Position numbers and translations under genes: made by a program
Notes under the pieces: generated by a model
Database searches by the model: none
The model's input: the letters and a program-made list of their open reading frames with translations, nothing else
What the model was told of the DNA's origin: nothing
From: Micrococcales bacterium
GTDB taxonomy: Bacteria; Actinomycetota; Actinomycetes; Actinomycetales; WQXJ01
Direction: 5' to 3'
DNA length: 64,000 nucleotides
Assembly (NCBI GenBank): GCA_009784895.1
Contig: WQXJ01000004.1
Span: 3,193 to 67,192, forward strand
Shown: positions 63,040-64,000 of the stretch, piece after piece
Numbering within the stretch: the stretch's first letter is position 1
Layout of the letters: each line of letters opens with the position of its first letter

Positions 63040-64000
63040 CTACGGCGTGAACTGCTCGTTTATGTCCGGGTTATTGACCAGGTCGCAAACCTCCATTTCG
63101 AATGCGGGTTCAACCGCGTTTTCGGTGGCCACGACCTCGAAACCGCCTTCCGCGGTGGTCAGGCCAATGGAGATGTTCTGGATGACGTGGTGGCTGCCTG
63201 GATCGAGCTTGACGTCCCCGGCCGGGCCGGTTGCGGTGACGCCACTTTGAAGAGCCTCAATGACAGCCTCTCGTTCGGTGGTCCCAGCTTTTTCAACTCC
63301 GGCGGCCCAGAGCATGACGCTGTTCCAAACCAGGGCGGCGGTGGCGGGAATGGCTGCGTGGTCTTCGCCATACTTGGCCACCCACTTGGCCAAGAACTCT
63401 TGGTTCTCAGGGGTGTCCATTGTCTCGAAATAGTTGTAGGCGGCGCTGATGTTCCTGGCCTCTTCGGGGCTGAGGATGTCGGTCTCTCCGCTAAGCCCAA
63501 AGGTGGTCGATGCGATATGCATCTTGTCATTCAGCCCAGCAGCCGCAAATCCCCTGTAGAAGGCGATGTGGTTGGTGCCAACCAGGTAGCTCAGAACCAG
63601 GTCTGGCTTCAAGGTTTGGAGCTCGTCGATCACTGTCTCGAAACTCGACGACTCGACCGGCACGAAGGCCTGCCCAACCACCTCGGCGCCGGCATCTTCG
63701 GCATACTTCTTGCCCCACAGGGCAGAGATTTGGCCAAAGTTGTAGTCGGCTCCAACGATGTAAACCCGCTTGCCGTAGTTCTCCATGGCCCACGGCACCA
63801 GGGCGGCCGAGGTTTGCGATGGCACCACTCCGGCGGCGAAGGTGTTGATGTCGCAGACCCCACCTTCATACAGCTCGGGATAGAAGTAGAGCGTCTTGTT
63901 CTGGCTAAAGATTGGGCGGATCGCCTCCCGTGATGCACTAGAAATGCCGGCAATCACGACGTCTGGCTTGTCCTGGAGGGCCAACTGATTGGCGTACTGC
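63040..64000 (-). CDS. ABC transporter substrate-binding protein, amide/urea (AmiC/FmdD/UrtA-like) type. The 5' end lies beyond the window.
   Basis: The frame is open to the window edge. LYFYPELYEGGVCD...VVPSQ resembles the LFYP.QYEG.E block of urea/short-chain-amide binding proteins. Confidence 0.8.
   Translation of the reverse strand, partial: QYANQLALQDKPDVVIAGISSASREAIRPIFSQNKTLYFYPELYEGGVCDINTFAAGVVPSQTSAALVPWAMENYGKRVYIVGADYNFGQISALWGKKYAEDAGAEVVGQAFVPVESSSFETVIDELQTLKPDLVLSYLVGTNHIAFYRGFAAAGLNDKMHIASTTFGLSGETDILSPEEARNISAAYNYFETMDTPENQEFLAKWVAKYGEDHAAIPATAALVWNSVMLWAAGVEKAGTTEREAVIEALQSGVTATGPAGDVKLDPGSHHVIQNISIGLTTAEGGFEVVATENAVEPAFEMEVCDLVNNPDINEQFTP

Noticed and set aside
62767-63933. 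A 388-aa plus-strand ORF
   Set aside because: It is entirely antisense to the LivH gene 5' end and the substrate-binding protein gene, both of which have clear family motifs. No recognisable motifs are present.

Overview
This is a visibly high-GC, densely coded chromosomal window that looks actinobacterial, with about 60 genes. GC content was not computed, and all family calls rest on motifs read by eye from the translations, not on searches.

Bases 1 to 28.2 kb are conserved core. They hold a GlgE-pathway alpha-glucan cluster (partial glgX, glgE, glgP, glgB), an Eis-like acetyltransferase and a DUF885 gene overlapping a SixA-like phosphatase. Next come fabG-inhA, nadE, panB, map, pepN and a short MscS-like channel. 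After that are an orphan Cys-less EIIB-like domain, ettA, an SSB paralogue and two translationally coupled P-loop GTPases. The core ends with a decayed IS481-like transposase 3' fragment, a 31-bp tandem array abutting tRNA-Arg(TCT), then orn and tRNA-His(GTG).

From tRNA-His to about 47.8 kb the content looks accessory. It holds a methyltransferase fragment, azlCD, an aldo/keto reductase, an arsR-CDF-methyltransferase operon, a GNAT, DUF554 and two type II toxin-antitoxin modules.

Between the two TA modules lies the stand-out locus, a single 2,663-aa ORF (35838-43829, minus strand). Its modules in order are a transglutaminase-like N-module, a Pro-rich linker, a DUF4011-like region, an Upf1-like SF1 helicase, a DUF559/Vsr-like nuclease fold, a 48-bp tandem-repeat tract and a DUF3320-like C-terminus. 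It is divergently paired with a smaller gene carrying a second DUF3320-like domain. I read this as an expanded Hhe-like helicase-nuclease candidate defence module.

Bases 47.8-56 kb hold a seven-gene coupled operon with a divergent ROK regulator. Its genes are a GH32 enzyme, an FrcK-like kinase, a ketose 3-epimerase, an atypical nucleoside hydrolase and FrcABC-like transport components. Bases 56-64 kb hold an SDR, a LacI regulator, and an AtzE/AtzG-like amidase pair with an amide/urea-type ABC transporter.

A 60-bp palindromic dispersed element occurs as two identical copies plus one diverged copy, always at gene 3' ends. One copy supplies the stop codon of lacI. Many long ORFs in the six-frame track are antisense or alternative-frame artefacts of high GC and were not called.
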